A stretch of DNA of 61,843 bases, counting the filler. It is 10 parts of 10 records of this genome, joined end to end, with 100 filler letters (N's around TTAATTAATTAA, not from the genome) between each part and the next. Parts side by side here need not be neighbours in the genome. Positions count along the whole stretch, not along the records: positions 36,366 to 47,354 come from SRR7504441_6666; 9 more parts are not named here. The stretch is one strand, 5' to 3'. Within the stretch, counting starts at the first letter, position 1, and each line of letters opens with the position of its first letter. Shown piece by piece: positions 36,466-47,142 of the stretch. The notes under the pieces are model-generated. The model had not been told where the DNA came from and ran no database searches. It saw nothing but the letters and a program-made list of their open reading frames with translations. The translations under genes and the position numbers were made by a program.

Positions 36466-37041
36466 ATGGAGCCAGACGGCCGGGGAGGCTACCGGCCCGT
36501 CCTGCAGCCATACTACCCGCTGCCGTCCGGGGCGCTGACTGACTACCGTCCGGCGTACCGCCCGTGGGACTGGCCGCACCCCGAGCGCCAGATCTGGCTC
36601 CCGCCGCCCAGAGTTCCCAGCCCGCCAGCCCAGCGCCTCCCACCGCCCAGCCCGCCGCCCAGCCCGCCGCCCAGCCCACCGCCGCTGCCGCCGCCCACGC
36701 TGCCGGAGCCGGCGGTGCGGTCGGTGACCCCGGGGCTGTCGGTGCTGGTGGTGCCGGTGAGTTCGCTTAACGTGCGGGTGGTGAGCGGCCGCTGGGGAGG
36801 AGAGGACACAGTCGAGATCCCAGACCACCGCTGGAAGTACATAACCGTGGCCGACGTCAAGCGGCTGCTCCCCGGCTACTCGCCGGAGGACTTGGTATGC
36901 GGGCACCCGGACGATGCCACGCTGGAGCAGCTCGGGCTCCGGGCGGGCACCGACGCCGCGCTGCAGTTCGGGCTGCGGTACGGGGTGATTGGGGGCACCC
37001 AGTACCGGGCCCGCCGGGCAGACACCAGCAAATTCCGGTAG
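36466..37041 (+). CDS. Proline-rich protein with a C-terminal ubiquitin-like domain
   Basis: (SPPP)n tract, then ITVADVKRLL...DDATLEQLGL...VIGG and a short tail. Confidence 0.55.
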   Translation: MEPDGRGGYRPVLQPYYPLPSGALTDYRPAYRPWDWPHPERQIWLPPPRVPSPPAQRLPPPSPPPSPPPSPPPLPPPTLPEPAVRSVTPGLSVLVVPVSSLNVRVVSGRWGGEDTVEIPDHRWKYITVADVKRLLPGYSPEDLVCGHPDDATLEQLGLRAGTDAALQFGLRYGVIGGTQYRARRADTSKFR

Positions 37042-37068
37042 AATGTATATAATATCAAGCTCTAAGCT

Positions 37069-38189
37069 TCACGGCACGCTCGATTGCGACTCGAGCTCAC
37101 TAGGCGGCGAGTCGGGCGGCTGGTCCGAAGTCAAGTAGCACGGGTCGAGCGCGTCCGGGCCAGGCGGGTACTCGCGTATGGCGGCGTCCAGCTCGTTCTG
37201 CTCCTCGAACACAATTTGATCAAAGTCGGGCAGCAGTGCGTGCCCTGCAGATGGGCTCATTGCCTGCAAGCCGCCCGCGGACCGCCCAGAGCGATCACGA
37301 TGTCCTTGAGCTTGTAGATGTGCGCGATGTATTGGCTGCAGCTGCTCCGGGCCGAGGCCACCTGCCCAGCTCCTAAAGGGGGCCCCGCAGCTGGTGCACC
37401 TCCTGCTCCAGCCCGGCCACCCGGGCCCTCGAGCACATCACCCGCAGCTCGCTGTTCTCCAACCGCAGCGCCCTGCCCGGGTTACATAGCCCCCGGGGCC
37501 GCCCACCGGAGCTGCTCCGCCACCCCGAGCGCCGCCATCTCGGCCGCCTCGCCCGCCGCCTGCTTCCCGGAGAGCTGTTCCTCCAGCCAGCCCGCCCGCT
37601 GCTTGCTCTGGCCGGCCTCGAGCCGCTGCTGGTGCACCAGCCCCTTCAGCTTGTCCGCCCGCTCCTCCGCCTCGTTCAGCCGCTCCCGGACCGCCTTCAG
37701 CGCCGCCTCCGCCCGCCCCTCGGCCTCCTCCCCCGCCGCTTCGGCCTGCCCCCAGTCCACCCCCCGCGCTCCCAGCGGCTCGCCTCGGCCCGGGCCTTCC
37801 GCTCGGCCCGGAGTTCCCCGGCCAGTCGCTCAGCCTGCCGGCGGTCTGGCCGGCGCAGCGCGGCGCACCTCGGCCTCGGCTTGCCGCTGGGCGTGCCCGG
37901 CCTGATCCACCGCCTGGATGAGCCCGACTTGCGCCTCCTTCTGGGCCACCCAGCCCGCCCGCACCCGCGCCAGCTCGTCCTGGCCCCACTCAGCCCGGCC
38001 GGCCGCCCGACTCGCCTGGAGCACCCCGGCCTCGGCCTGCGCCTGCTCGGCTGCGGCGGCCGCCTGGGCTTGCTGCTCGGCCAGCCCGGACTTGGCCTCG
38101 AGCAGCCCCCGCCGCAGCTCCCGCGCCTCGGCCCGCAGCTTGATCGCCTCGGCGGCCGCCGCCTCGGCCTCGTCGGAGCTGTCCAGCAT
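37069..38189 (-). CDS. Coiled-coil protein, about 7 exons
   Basis: A/E/Q/R heptad ORF pieces joined by 34-45-nt introns including GC-AG 37783-37746. Confidence 0.6.
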
Positions 38190-38215
38190 CTGCTGGAGCT
38201 GAGGCCGTTATTACG
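38190..38215. promoter_or_regulatory. 26-nt spacer between divergent ATGs with CCGTTA at 38205-38210
   Basis: ATG(-) 38189 and ATG(+) 38216. Confidence 0.55.
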
Positions 38216-38858
38216 ATGGCCCAGCAGCCGCCGCAGGGGGCGACGCTCCCGGAGGACGAGTTCGAGCGGGCGGCGGCCGAGGCGCGGGGTGCGGCGGCGG
38301 AGGCCCAGGAGTGCCGCCGGCTGGCCAGTACGGGGATGGCGGCCGCCCGGGCCCGGGTGGCGGCGCTGGGGGACCGTCTGGCGCATGAGGACGCCCAGCG
38401 GAGTCCGCGGGAGGATCCAGCAGGGGCCGCGGCGCAGGCGGAGCTGCTCCAGCTCAAGGGGGCGCTGCGGCTGCGGCGGGGGCCTGGGGGGCGTTCGCCA
38501 GACCTGCAGGGGGCGTACAAGGGCTGGCAGGAGCGGCGGCGGGGCCTCAAGGGGCACACGGTCGAGTACTCGCCGGCTGGGGTGCTAGACAACAGCCGGC
38601 CGGACACGCTGACGGTGACCAGACGGGGGCGGCCGGGCCGAGCCGGGGCAGGCGGCGCTGGGCGAGCTGGAGAGCACCCAGAGGCGGCTGGCCGAGCTTC
38701 AGTGCAAGATGGACCCGGGCCGGCGGCGGCCGCTAGGCAGCCCCGAGGCCGTAGAGCGGCTGCTGCTGCTCCGAACCGCCGGCCCGAAGCCAGTGCTCTC
38801 GGCGGATATTTGCCAAGCCGAACCGCACACAGAGCCGAGAGAGGCGTCCGGCCGATGA
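38216..38858 (+). CDS. Hypothetical helical protein, at least 2 exons
   Basis: GC3-rich ORF; a 37-nt GT-AG intron after PDTLT restores AALGELESTQRRLAEL...; stop at 38858. Confidence 0.5.
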
Positions 38859-39063
38859 GCCGTCGCAATTTAATAAGTAGTGTAAGCGCCTTTTCGGACG
38901 CTGTCTGCATCCCCCGGCGCTCAACGATTCACATCTCGATTAGTAGCTGCCGCATGTATTGTATGCACAGTGTTTTGGGTAGTGTTACTCACTATCATTT
39001 TTGAGCTAAAAATACATTGTTCCGTTACTTTACGAGACAGCTCATCTAACGCCACAATCCACG

Positions 39064-42050
39064 ATGGCCGACGCGATAGCGGTAGCCTACTATGTGACCG
39101 GGCACGGGTACGGGCACGCCACCCGGGTGGTGGAGGTGTGCAAGAAGCTGGAGCGCAAGCCTAACGTGACCATCCACATCGTGACCGGGGCCCCGGACTT
39201 CGTATTCCTCCGCGAGCTCCAGGGCGACATCCGGATCCGCAAGGTGTTGCTCGACTGCGGGGCGGTCCAGTCGGACGCGCTGACCGTCAACCGGGAGGCC
39301 TCGCTGCAGAAGTACAAGGAGGTGGCCATCGACAGCCGAGCCCAAATCATGGCACAGGAAGTGGCCTGGCTCAAGCAGGAGAACATCGCGGTGGTTGTGT
39401 CCGACATCGTCCCGGTGGCCTGCGCCGCGGGCAAGGAGGCCGGGCTGCCGGTGGTGGCGGTGACCAACTTCTCGTGGGACTTCGTGTACTCCGAGTATCT
39501 GGTCGAATACGGCCAGCTGTACCCTGAGATCGTCCAGCGGATTGCGGACGACTATTCCAAGGCCGACCTGCTGCTCCGGCTGCCTGGATACGTCCCGATG
39601 CCGGCCTTCCGGAGGGTGGAGGACGTGCCGCTGCTGGTGCGCACCGCAGTCAAGTCGCCGGAGCAGGTCAAGAAGGAGCTCGGGATCCCGACAGACTCCA
39701 AGGCAGCTGCACATGGGCTGGTCAGCTGACTGGTGTGGGCAGGTTATGCTCTTCAACTTCGGGGGCCAGAGCGCCGACTGGTCGCTCCGGGAGGACATGC
39801 TCCCGCCGGGCTGGGTCGGGCTGGTCTGCACAATGCTCCCGGTCGGCGCTGTGATCCCACCTAACTTCATCCGGCCCGACCGGGACGCGTACATCCCGGA
39901 TCTGATCAACGCGGCCGACGTGCTGCTCGGTGCCCGGCCCGGCCGGCCCGGCCCGAGCCCGGGCAGGCAAGATCGGGTACGGGACGGCCTCGGAGGCGCT
40001 GGCCCATCGGAAGCCGTTCATCTTCATCCGGCGGAACTTCTTCAACGAGGTTCTGCTGCTGCGCTGCCAGAGCCGACTGGGAGGCAGGAGCCGTTCCTGA
40101 GGAAGGAGCTAGAGATCAACTCGGTGTGCATCGAGATGCCACGCGCCGACTTCTTCAGCGGCAACTGGGGCAGCTACCTCGAGCGCGCGATCAACATCCC
40201 AATGCCCGACTGGCACGGATCGCCTAACGGCGGGCAGGCAGCCCCCCCCCCCCGGCCCGCCCGAGCCTGCGCAGGTGATCGCCGACACAGTGTACGCGAT
40301 CGGGACCGGCGAGCGGGCGTTTGCGGAGGAGGACGACGGGGGCGAGGCCCAGCTGCGGAACGCTGTGTTGTTTGGATACTTCATGAAGCGCGCGCGGGAC
40401 GACCTCGGGATACCGGACTGGTACATGTCGGCTATGCGGCGCAAGTCGCTACAGCCGGACGAGCCGCTCTCGCCCACCGCCGAGGCCACCGGCTTCTACC
40501 AGCTGGCTGGGCTCGAGCTGCTACACGACTCCAAGGTGGCTCAGCCGGATGTACGCGCGTTCCTCCGGTTGCTCCAGCAGGCCCAGCGGGGGGCGGCCCA
40601 CTCGGGCGACGGGCTCACAAGCGCCGAGTTCGAGGCCATCCCGACGCTCTTCGACTGGACTGCGCCGCTGTTCATCGCTCGGGCGCCCGGCCGACTGGAC
40701 GTTATGGGCGGGATAGCAGACTACTCCGGCTCGCTGGTGCTCCAGATGCCGATCGCGGAGGCCTCGATCGTGGCCGTCCAGCTGCAGCCGGCCGACAAGC
40801 AGGTCCAGATCGTCTCGTTCGGGGCGGAGGTCTCCAACCGGCAGCAGCGGTTCGAGATGGACCTTGAGTCGCTGTTTGGGCCGGATGGCAAGGTAAAGCC
40901 GTACACCGAGTGCCGGGCGCTGCTCTGTGAGGACCATGGCATATCGTGGGCCGCCTACATCGTGGGCTGCCTCGTGGTGCTGCTGCACGAGCAGCTGGCC
41001 AGCAAGCTGCACGGGATGCGCGTGCTCATCCACTCGCAAGTGCCCGAGGGCAAGGGCGTCTCCTCGTCGGCTGCGCTCGAGGTCTCGATGATGTCGGCGC
41101 TCACTGCCGCGCTCGGGATCGAGCTGGAGGGCCGGGCGCTGGCGCTGCTCTGCCAGAAGGTGGAGAACAAGGTGGTGGGCGCCCCGTGCGGGGTGATGGA
41201 CCAGATGGCCTCAGCCCTCGGCCAGAAGGGCAAGCTGCTCGCTCTGCTCTGCCAGCCCGCGGAGGTGCAGGGCTTTGTCGAGATACCCGCCTGCGTCAAG
41301 CTCTGGGGCGTCGACTCCGGGGTGACTCATTCGGTGGGCGGCTCCGACTACAGCTCGGTGCGCACCGCCGCGTTCATGGGCAAGGCGATGCTCAACAAAC
41401 TCGGCTCTGAGGAGGTCCGAGAGTGCCTGGCCCAGAGCGACTTCCTGTCGGCGCTGCCCCAGTCGGAGGCAGGCGAGCTGCTCAAGCTGCCCGGCAAGAT
41501 GGCCGGCCAGAGCTTCTTGGGCGAGTACGGTGGGCACGGGGACCAGGCGACTGTGGTGGAGCCGGAGACTGAGTACTCGATCATGGAGTGCACCCGGCAC
41601 CCGATCGAGGAGGGCCACAGGGTAAAGCTCTTCAGGCAGCTGCTCACACTGCTCGGACTCGAGGCCGGAGACCAGCAGGAGACTTTCGAGCTGCTCGGCG
41701 AGCTGATGCTCCAGAGCCACGCCAGCTACTCGCGCTGCGGGCTCGGGTCGCAGGGCACCGACAGCATAGTCCGCGCCGCCCGAGCCCACCCCGACTTGTT
41801 TGGAGCCAAGATCACAGGCGGCGGCTCCGGCGGGACAGTGTGCGTGCTCGGCCGGGCCTCGGCGGGCGCGGCGCTGCACGGCGTGGCGGACGAGTATGCG
41901 CACGAGAACGGGCACTGCCCGTACGTGTTTGAGGGCTCGTCGGCCGGCGCAGTCGAGTTTGGGCACCTGTGTGTCAAGTTCCTGCCAGCAGACAAGCCCC
42001 CCATCCAGCCGGGCTCGGCCTACTCGGAGGAAGCCCGGAAGAACTGGTGA
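39064..42050 (+). CDS. ARA1: L-arabinokinase-like protein (N-terminal glycosyltransferase-like domain + GHMP sugar kinase), 5 exons
   Basis: YYVTGHGYGHATR, LLGKIGYGT, RRNFFNEEPFL, ARAPGRLDVMGGIADYSGSLVLQMP, VPEGKGVSSSAA, GAPCGVMDQM, GAKITGGGSGG; introns 39703-39742 (GC-AG), 39930-39966, 40050-40087, 40238-40274 (GC-AG). TCCGTTA at 39021 upstream. Confidence 0.92.
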
Positions 42051-42382
42051 GCAGCTCGTCCACCACTCCGCGCAGCACCGCGGCCCGCCCAGGCCCAGCC
42101 GTCTATGCGCTTCATGATCGATACATGTACGAGTAGATGATTGTATTGATCACCGAATCAGACGTCACATCATAACTTTCTCAACTTTGATTAATTAAGA
42201 CGTGTTCCTAGATTAAATCTTCATTAAGATCTACAGGGGGGTGATAGCACGTAAGCGTGTGGGAGTACTGAGATGATCTGTCGCCTGCATCGTGCCCCTG
42301 GAGGTCACTTAGTTTCGAAGAAGCATTGAAGAAATCAAACGAGTACATGTACTCGTATGTAACAAGTAGAATTGACAATCGT

Positions 42383-43315
42383 TCAAAGCTCTGCCTTGGC
42401 CGCCGTCGGGCGCATGACGCCGTCCACGCCGCGCTTGAGCGGGTGCGGCTGCATCGGGAGGGGCGCCCCGGGCCGACTCCTGATCGACTCACCGTGCGGC
42501 CAATCAGCCGGTGCGATCGCGATGTACCGAGCAAACCCGCCAGTCCCGCCGAGCGGCTTGGCGAATCCGATCGCGACCAGGGCGCCGGCCTCTGGGACCA
42601 GGTGCAGGTTGGCCACGCCCTCGGCCTGGCAGTAGTTGTTATTGAGCAGCCAGGACTCGCCCTCGAGCCCGCGGTCGTCTGTGTCGAGCGGCTCATGCCC
42701 GTGGAACAGGATCTTCCGCTCGGTGTGCAGCAGCTTGAGCGCGTCGAGCCCCACCCCGGGGATGTTGCTGATGAACTCGTCCAGCGCTGCCTGCTCCTGC
42801 CCGGGGCCGCTCTTCCACTTCTTGTGCCAGTCGGTCCGGAACATGACAACCGACCCGGCCGGAACTCGCCCGTGCGCCGCCTCCCACTCGAGCACGTCCG
42901 CGGCCGTGGCGTGGTACCCGGGCTGGGCCGCGGTCTTGTCGGCTAGGTTGATCACCACCAGCGGGCGGATGGCGTAGGTGGGCGGCAGGTCGGAGATGGT
43001 GGCCCCCACAGGGTTCCAGTGGGCCGGCGGGTCGAGCTGGGTGCCGTACTGGTCGGTGTTCAGCACGTACGAAGTGGCCAGGAACCCGTGGTCCGGAATC
43101 ACGAACTCGTCCCCCTTGTTGGCGTAGCCCTCCATGGTGCGGCCGGCCTTGGTGGCGCTGAAGCTGGCAGGCCCGAAGCCGGCCCAAGCCGGCTGTATCG
43201 GCTCGAACGGGTGGGTGAGGTCGATGTGCTTGGCGTCCACCAGCAAGTCGTTATAGGCCGCCCAGAGCGGATGGTCGGCCGCCGCCCCGAGAGCGACGAG
43301 CAGCGGGAGGAGCAT
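42383..43315 (-). CDS. Cyclase/kynurenine-formamidase-family metallohydrolase with signal peptide, intronless
   Basis: IDLTHPF, QYGTQLDPPAH, WEAAHGRVPAGSVVMFRTDW, GHEPLDTD, AEGVANL, GGTGGFAR; N-terminus MLLPLLVALGAAA. Confidence 0.85.
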   Translation of the reverse strand: MLLPLLVALGAAADHPLWAAYNDLLVDAKHIDLTHPFEPIQPAWAGFGPASFSATKAGRTMEGYANKGDEFVIPDHGFLATSYVLNTDQYGTQLDPPAHWNPVGATISDLPPTYAIRPLVVINLADKTAAQPGYHATAADVLEWEAAHGRVPAGSVVMFRTDWHKKWKSGPGQEQAALDEFISNIPGVGLDALKLLHTERKILFHGHEPLDTDDRGLEGESWLLNNNYCQAEGVANLHLVPEAGALVAIGFAKPLGGTGGFARYIAIAPADWPHGESIRSRPGAPLPMQPHPLKRGVDGVMRPTAAKAEL

Positions 43316-43463
43316 GATCGATGCCGGTGGAACCGGCGGGTCCGTTGCAATAACGGATTCGGGCACCGTGCCTCCCTCTGCTGTCCCGGAGTGCAGAGCC
43401 TGCCGGACTGCGGCTAGGTGCAGCAGCTAGGGCGGGTCCAGCTGTGGAGTGAGTGCGGGGCCG
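43316..43463. promoter_or_regulatory. Putative bidirectional promoter with inverted TCCGTTG-CAA-TAACGGA (43341-43357)
   Basis: Lies between divergent ATGs 43315 and 43464. Confidence 0.6.
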
Positions 43464-44131
43464 ATGCTGCTCAAGAGCGAAATCGAGCTCAATCCGGAGT
43501 GCGCGGACGTGGTCTCCTCCTGGCTGCCGGCGGGCTGCTCCTCGGACGACGAGGCCGCCGACCCGCCGCCCCCGCAGCCCCGCCCGGCCCGGTCACCTGC
43601 TGGAGGGGGGGGGGCTCAGGCGGGGGCAGGCTCGGGATCGGGTCCAAGTTCCTGGCTCACTCCAAGTCGGCCGAGGTGCAGCCTGCAGCCAGCCCCAGCC
43701 AGCCCCGGCAGGGCCAGGCCGCCAAGCTCGAGAAAGCGATCCGGCGGACCATCGCGCGGGACCAGCAGCAGAGCAAGTGGCACGCCGCCGGCAGCCGAGA
43801 CGGCCGGGGGCACGAGCCGGCCCCGGGTGCCCCCCCCTGGCCTGCGCTCCGACCGGCCGGCAGACTCGGACGAGTCCAGCGACGAGGAGGGCCAGAGCAG
43901 GCACCGGGCTGCCCCCGAGGGCTGGTTCAGCCCGGGCAGGACCGCCTCGTTTGCCAAGCGGAAGAGCCCGGCCACCGAGCTGCGAGCTGAGCCGCTCCCG
44001 ATCAAGAAGGTGCTGCATGCCCTGGAGGGCGGCGACGGCGTGCTAACCCGCGGCGGCAGGACAAGGCCACCAAGAACCGAGAGAAGCGCATGCGCAAGAA
44101 GCAAAAGTTGAAGAATAATAAGCCAAGTTGA
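43464..44131 (+). CDS. Small charged protein with RPARLGIG and EEGQSRT motifs (DUF3245-like, probably nuclear), about 6 exons
   Basis: Five 36-50-nt introns give PRPARLGIGSKF...SDEEGQSRTASF...KRMRKKQKLKNNKPS*. Confidence 0.6.
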
Positions 44132-44220
44132 CCCTAATTGCTTAATACTATAACTAATCCTTGTACTAGTTTTCGCGCCGAATTCGCAGCAAGCGCCCAG
44201 CCCGGCCCGCGCCCGGCGTC

Positions 44221-44489
44221 TCAGCTGTCGCCGCTATTCTGGCCGCTCAGCGCCGTCTCCACCGCTTTGCGCTGCTTCTCCCATTCCTCGAGACGCCTCT
44301 GTCCTGCGCTGGCCGCTGGGGCCGGCCGGGGCTGGGCGCCTGGTTGTGCCAACGCTCGACCTTCTCCTGGAGCCAGAACCCGACCACCCCGCCCGTTAGT
44401 GTGCCCGCCACCAGCAGCACCATCTGCCGGTCGTACCTGCCCCCCAGTCGCCCCGGGGTGCCTCGCTCGGAGCACCGGGGCTTCGGCAT
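44221..44489 (-). CDS. Small single-TM protein (about 62 aa), 3 exons
   Basis: MPKPR|YDRQMVLLVAGTLTGGVVGFWLQEKVERWHNQ|RRLEEWEKQRKAVETALSGQNSGDS*; one GT-AG and one GC-AG (44339-44299) intron. Confidence 0.6.
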
Positions 44490-44514
44490 GTCCGTTACGA
44501 TCCCGCGGAGCAAA
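44490..44514. promoter_or_regulatory. 25-nt spacer between divergent ATGs with TCCGTTA at 44491-44497
   Basis: ATG(-) 44489 and ATG(+) 44515. Confidence 0.55.
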
Positions 44515-47142
44515 ATGGAGCCTCAGCCCATCCCGGAGGCCGGCGCGATGGAGCTGGAGGGCGTGATGGCCGACGACAAGCTCAGCCGGCTCTCCGGGTT
44601 TTCGATCGACTCGGTCGATTCGTTCGGAGGCAGCCCGGCGGCCCGGTCGTCGGAGCTGTTGTCGGGCACTCCGGCGCCGTCGTTCTACCACAGGACTTCC
44701 TCCAACGCGATCGGCGGGTCGGAGCTGCACCTTGACGGGACCGGCGGGTACATCCACCTGCAGGCATCCTCCGCGGCCAGCCTCTCGTTCGGGCGCAAGG
44801 CCCCGTTCTGCATAGAGCTCTGGGTCAAGCCGGCCTGCCCGGACCTGCCCGTGCTCGGCAAGTACAACACGGACGTCCGGGGCGAGTACAAGATATACAT
44901 AGACGAGCAGCAGCGGGTGGTCTTCTGTCGGGGCGAGGACTACGCCCGGACCGCCCGGACCGTCCCGCTGCACGCCTGGAGCCACCTGGCGGCCGTGTTC
45001 GACGGGGCGGAGCTGGCGGTGCTGCTCGACGGGCAGGAGGACCCGGCCGGCCGAGTTGCCTCGGGCGAGCTGGAGCCGGACACGACCTCCGTGGTGCACG
45101 TGGGCACTTGGAACCGGCGTAACCGGCTGGGCAAGTTCTTCAAGGGCTCTATCCGTGAGCTGCGGTTCTGGGATTGTGCGCGGACCGAGCAGCAGGTGCA
45201 GGAGCTGATGCACAGCACCGGGCTGGCCGAGCAGCCCAGCCTGGTCGGGTACTGGCCTATGGGCGAGGGCGGCGGCCGGCTGATACAGGACTTGTCGCAG
45301 CGCGCCAACCACGGGTACCTGATCAGCTCGGGTGAGCTGAGCGGCTGGGTCAACACCGAGGCCAGGGCCGCCCTGGAGCTATCGCGGAACGGCGGGTACA
45401 TCCAGCTGCCGGGGTCGGCCACCTCGCTCAGCTTCCTGGCCGACTTCACGATAGAGGTCTGGGTGAGGCCGTACTCGGGCGACGCGCCTATAGTTGGCAA
45501 GTTCAACACAAATGTCAAGGGCGAGTACAAGCTGTACCTGGACAGCCAGCTCAGGCCGTGCTTCTACCGGGAGGCCCCGCCGTACCAGCTGCTGGTGGCC
45601 GACCGGCCGGTCCAGCCTAACGAGTGGTCGCACCTGGCTGTCCGGCTCAGGGGTGAGGAGCTCTCGCTCTGGGTGATGGCGGAGCTGGCTGGGTCGATCC
45701 AGTCCGGGCAGGCGGCCGGCGGGACCGACCAGCCGGTGCACATCGGGACCTGGCACCGGGACGGCCGGCCGGGCCGCAAGTTCTTTGGGATGATGCGCGA
45801 GCTGCGGTTCTGGAGCGCCGCCAGGAGCCAGGAGCAGCTGGTCGAGAACATGTTTGAGATCCCGGAGCCGATGCAGGCCGACCCGGCGCTCCAGGGGTAC
45901 TGGCCGCTCGCGGGGGGCACCGAGCGGTACATCGTGGACCTGAGCCGGAACCGTAACCACGGGGTGGTGCTGGGGGACGCCTCTTGGGTCTGGATCGATG
46001 GCGACTCGGCCAAGGCGGAAGAAGAGAGGTTCTCGTCGGCATCGATACACATGCGGGAGAGCGAGAACCCGCAGCCCGAACCGGAGGGCGACCGGCCGAT
46101 GCCGCGGGTGCTGGTGACCGGTGGGGCCGGGTACATTGGGAGCCACGTCTGCCTGCAGCTGCTAGAGCGCGGGTTCATGGTCTGTGTGATCGACAACTAC
46201 GACAACTCATCGGCCGAATCGCTCCGGCGGGTGGCCAGCATAGTGGGCAAGCCGCTTGCCTACCATCGGGTTGACCTGCTCGACCAGCTCGCGCTCGAGG
46301 ACATCTTCGTCGGCCCGCCGTTCGATGCGGTGCTGCACATCGCCGGGCTCAAATCGGTCTCCAAGTCGACAGAGGACCCGCTGCTCTACTACCACAACAA
46401 CGTGACCGGCACGCTCAACCTGCTCCGAGCCATGAGCCGGCACAAGTGCCACAGCCTGATCTTCTCCTCGTCGGCCACGGTGTACGGCAGCCCGGAGGAG
46501 CTCCCGATCACCGAGCAGGCCAAGACCGGGGACGGGATCACTAACCCGTACGGCCAGACCAAGTTCATGATCGAGAAGATCCTGCGCGACCTGTCCAGAT
46601 CAGACCCGGCCTGGCGGATCTCGATGCTCAGATACTTCAACCCGGTCGGAGCGCACCCGTGTGGGATGATAGGCGAGGATCCGAGTGGCCCGCCCAACAA
46701 CCTGCTCCCGTTCATCACCCAGGTGGCGGTCGGCCGGCGGAAGCAGCTGATGGTGTACGGGGACGACTGGCCGACTGTGGACGGGACCGGGGTGCGCGAC
46801 TACATCCACGTGCTCGACCTGGCCAACGGACACGTGGCCGCACTCGACAAGCTCCGGCCGGGCTGCCGGGCGTACAACCTGGGCACCGGGGTCGGGGTGT
46901 CGGTGCTCCAGATGCTCCGGGCGATGGAGCGGGCCTGCGGGGCGAGCATTCCGTACAAGATCGCCCCAAGACGGGCCGGCGACATCGCGCAGGCGTATGC
47001 CGACCCGTCGCTGGCCCTGGCCGAGCTAGACTGGAAAGCCGAGCTGAGCTTGGACGATATCTGCCAGGACGCCTGGCGTTGGCAGCTGATGAATCCGAAA
47101 GGCTACGAAAAGCCCTGGTTCTCGCGGACTCACCAAGAGTGA
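44515..47142 (+). CDS. galE: Two LamG/concanavalin-like domains fused to UDP-glucose 4-epimerase, intronless
   Basis: LamG-like FCIELWVKP...WSHLAAV...FFKGSIRELRFW...LVGYWP, present twice; then VLVTGGAGYIGSH, FSSSATVYG, NPYGQTK, LRYFNPVGAH, GVRDYIHV, YNLGTG, RRAGD. An alternative in-frame ATG lies at 44488. Confidence 0.92.
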   Translation: MEPQPIPEAGAMELEGVMADDKLSRLSGFSIDSVDSFGGSPAARSSELLSGTPAPSFYHRTSSNAIGGSELHLDGTGGYIHLQASSAASLSFGRKAPFCIELWVKPACPDLPVLGKYNTDVRGEYKIYIDEQQRVVFCRGEDYARTARTVPLHAWSHLAAVFDGAELAVLLDGQEDPAGRVASGELEPDTTSVVHVGTWNRRNRLGKFFKGSIRELRFWDCARTEQQVQELMHSTGLAEQPSLVGYWPMGEGGGRLIQDLSQRANHGYLISSGELSGWVNTEARAALELSRNGGYIQLPGSATSLSFLADFTIEVWVRPYSGDAPIVGKFNTNVKGEYKLYLDSQLRPCFYREAPPYQLLVADRPVQPNEWSHLAVRLRGEELSLWVMAELAGSIQSGQAAGGTDQPVHIGTWHRDGRPGRKFFGMMRELRFWSAARSQEQLVENMFEIPEPMQADPALQGYWPLAGGTERYIVDLSRNRNHGVVLGDASWVWIDGDSAKAEEERFSSASIHMRESENPQPEPEGDRPMPRVLVTGGAGYIGSHVCLQLLERGFMVCVIDNYDNSSAESLRRVASIVGKPLAYHRVDLLDQLALEDIFVGPPFDAVLHIAGLKSVSKSTEDPLLYYHNNVTGTLNLLRAMSRHKCHSLIFSSSATVYGSPEELPITEQAKTGDGITNPYGQTKFMIEKILRDLSRSDPAWRISMLRYFNPVGAHPCGMIGEDPSGPPNNLLPFITQVAVGRRKQLMVYGDDWPTVDGTGVRDYIHVLDLANGHVAALDKLRPGCRAYNLGTGVGVSVLQMLRAMERACGASIPYKIAPRRAGDIAQAYADPSLALAELDWKAELSLDDICQDAWRWQLMNPKGYEKPWFSRTHQE

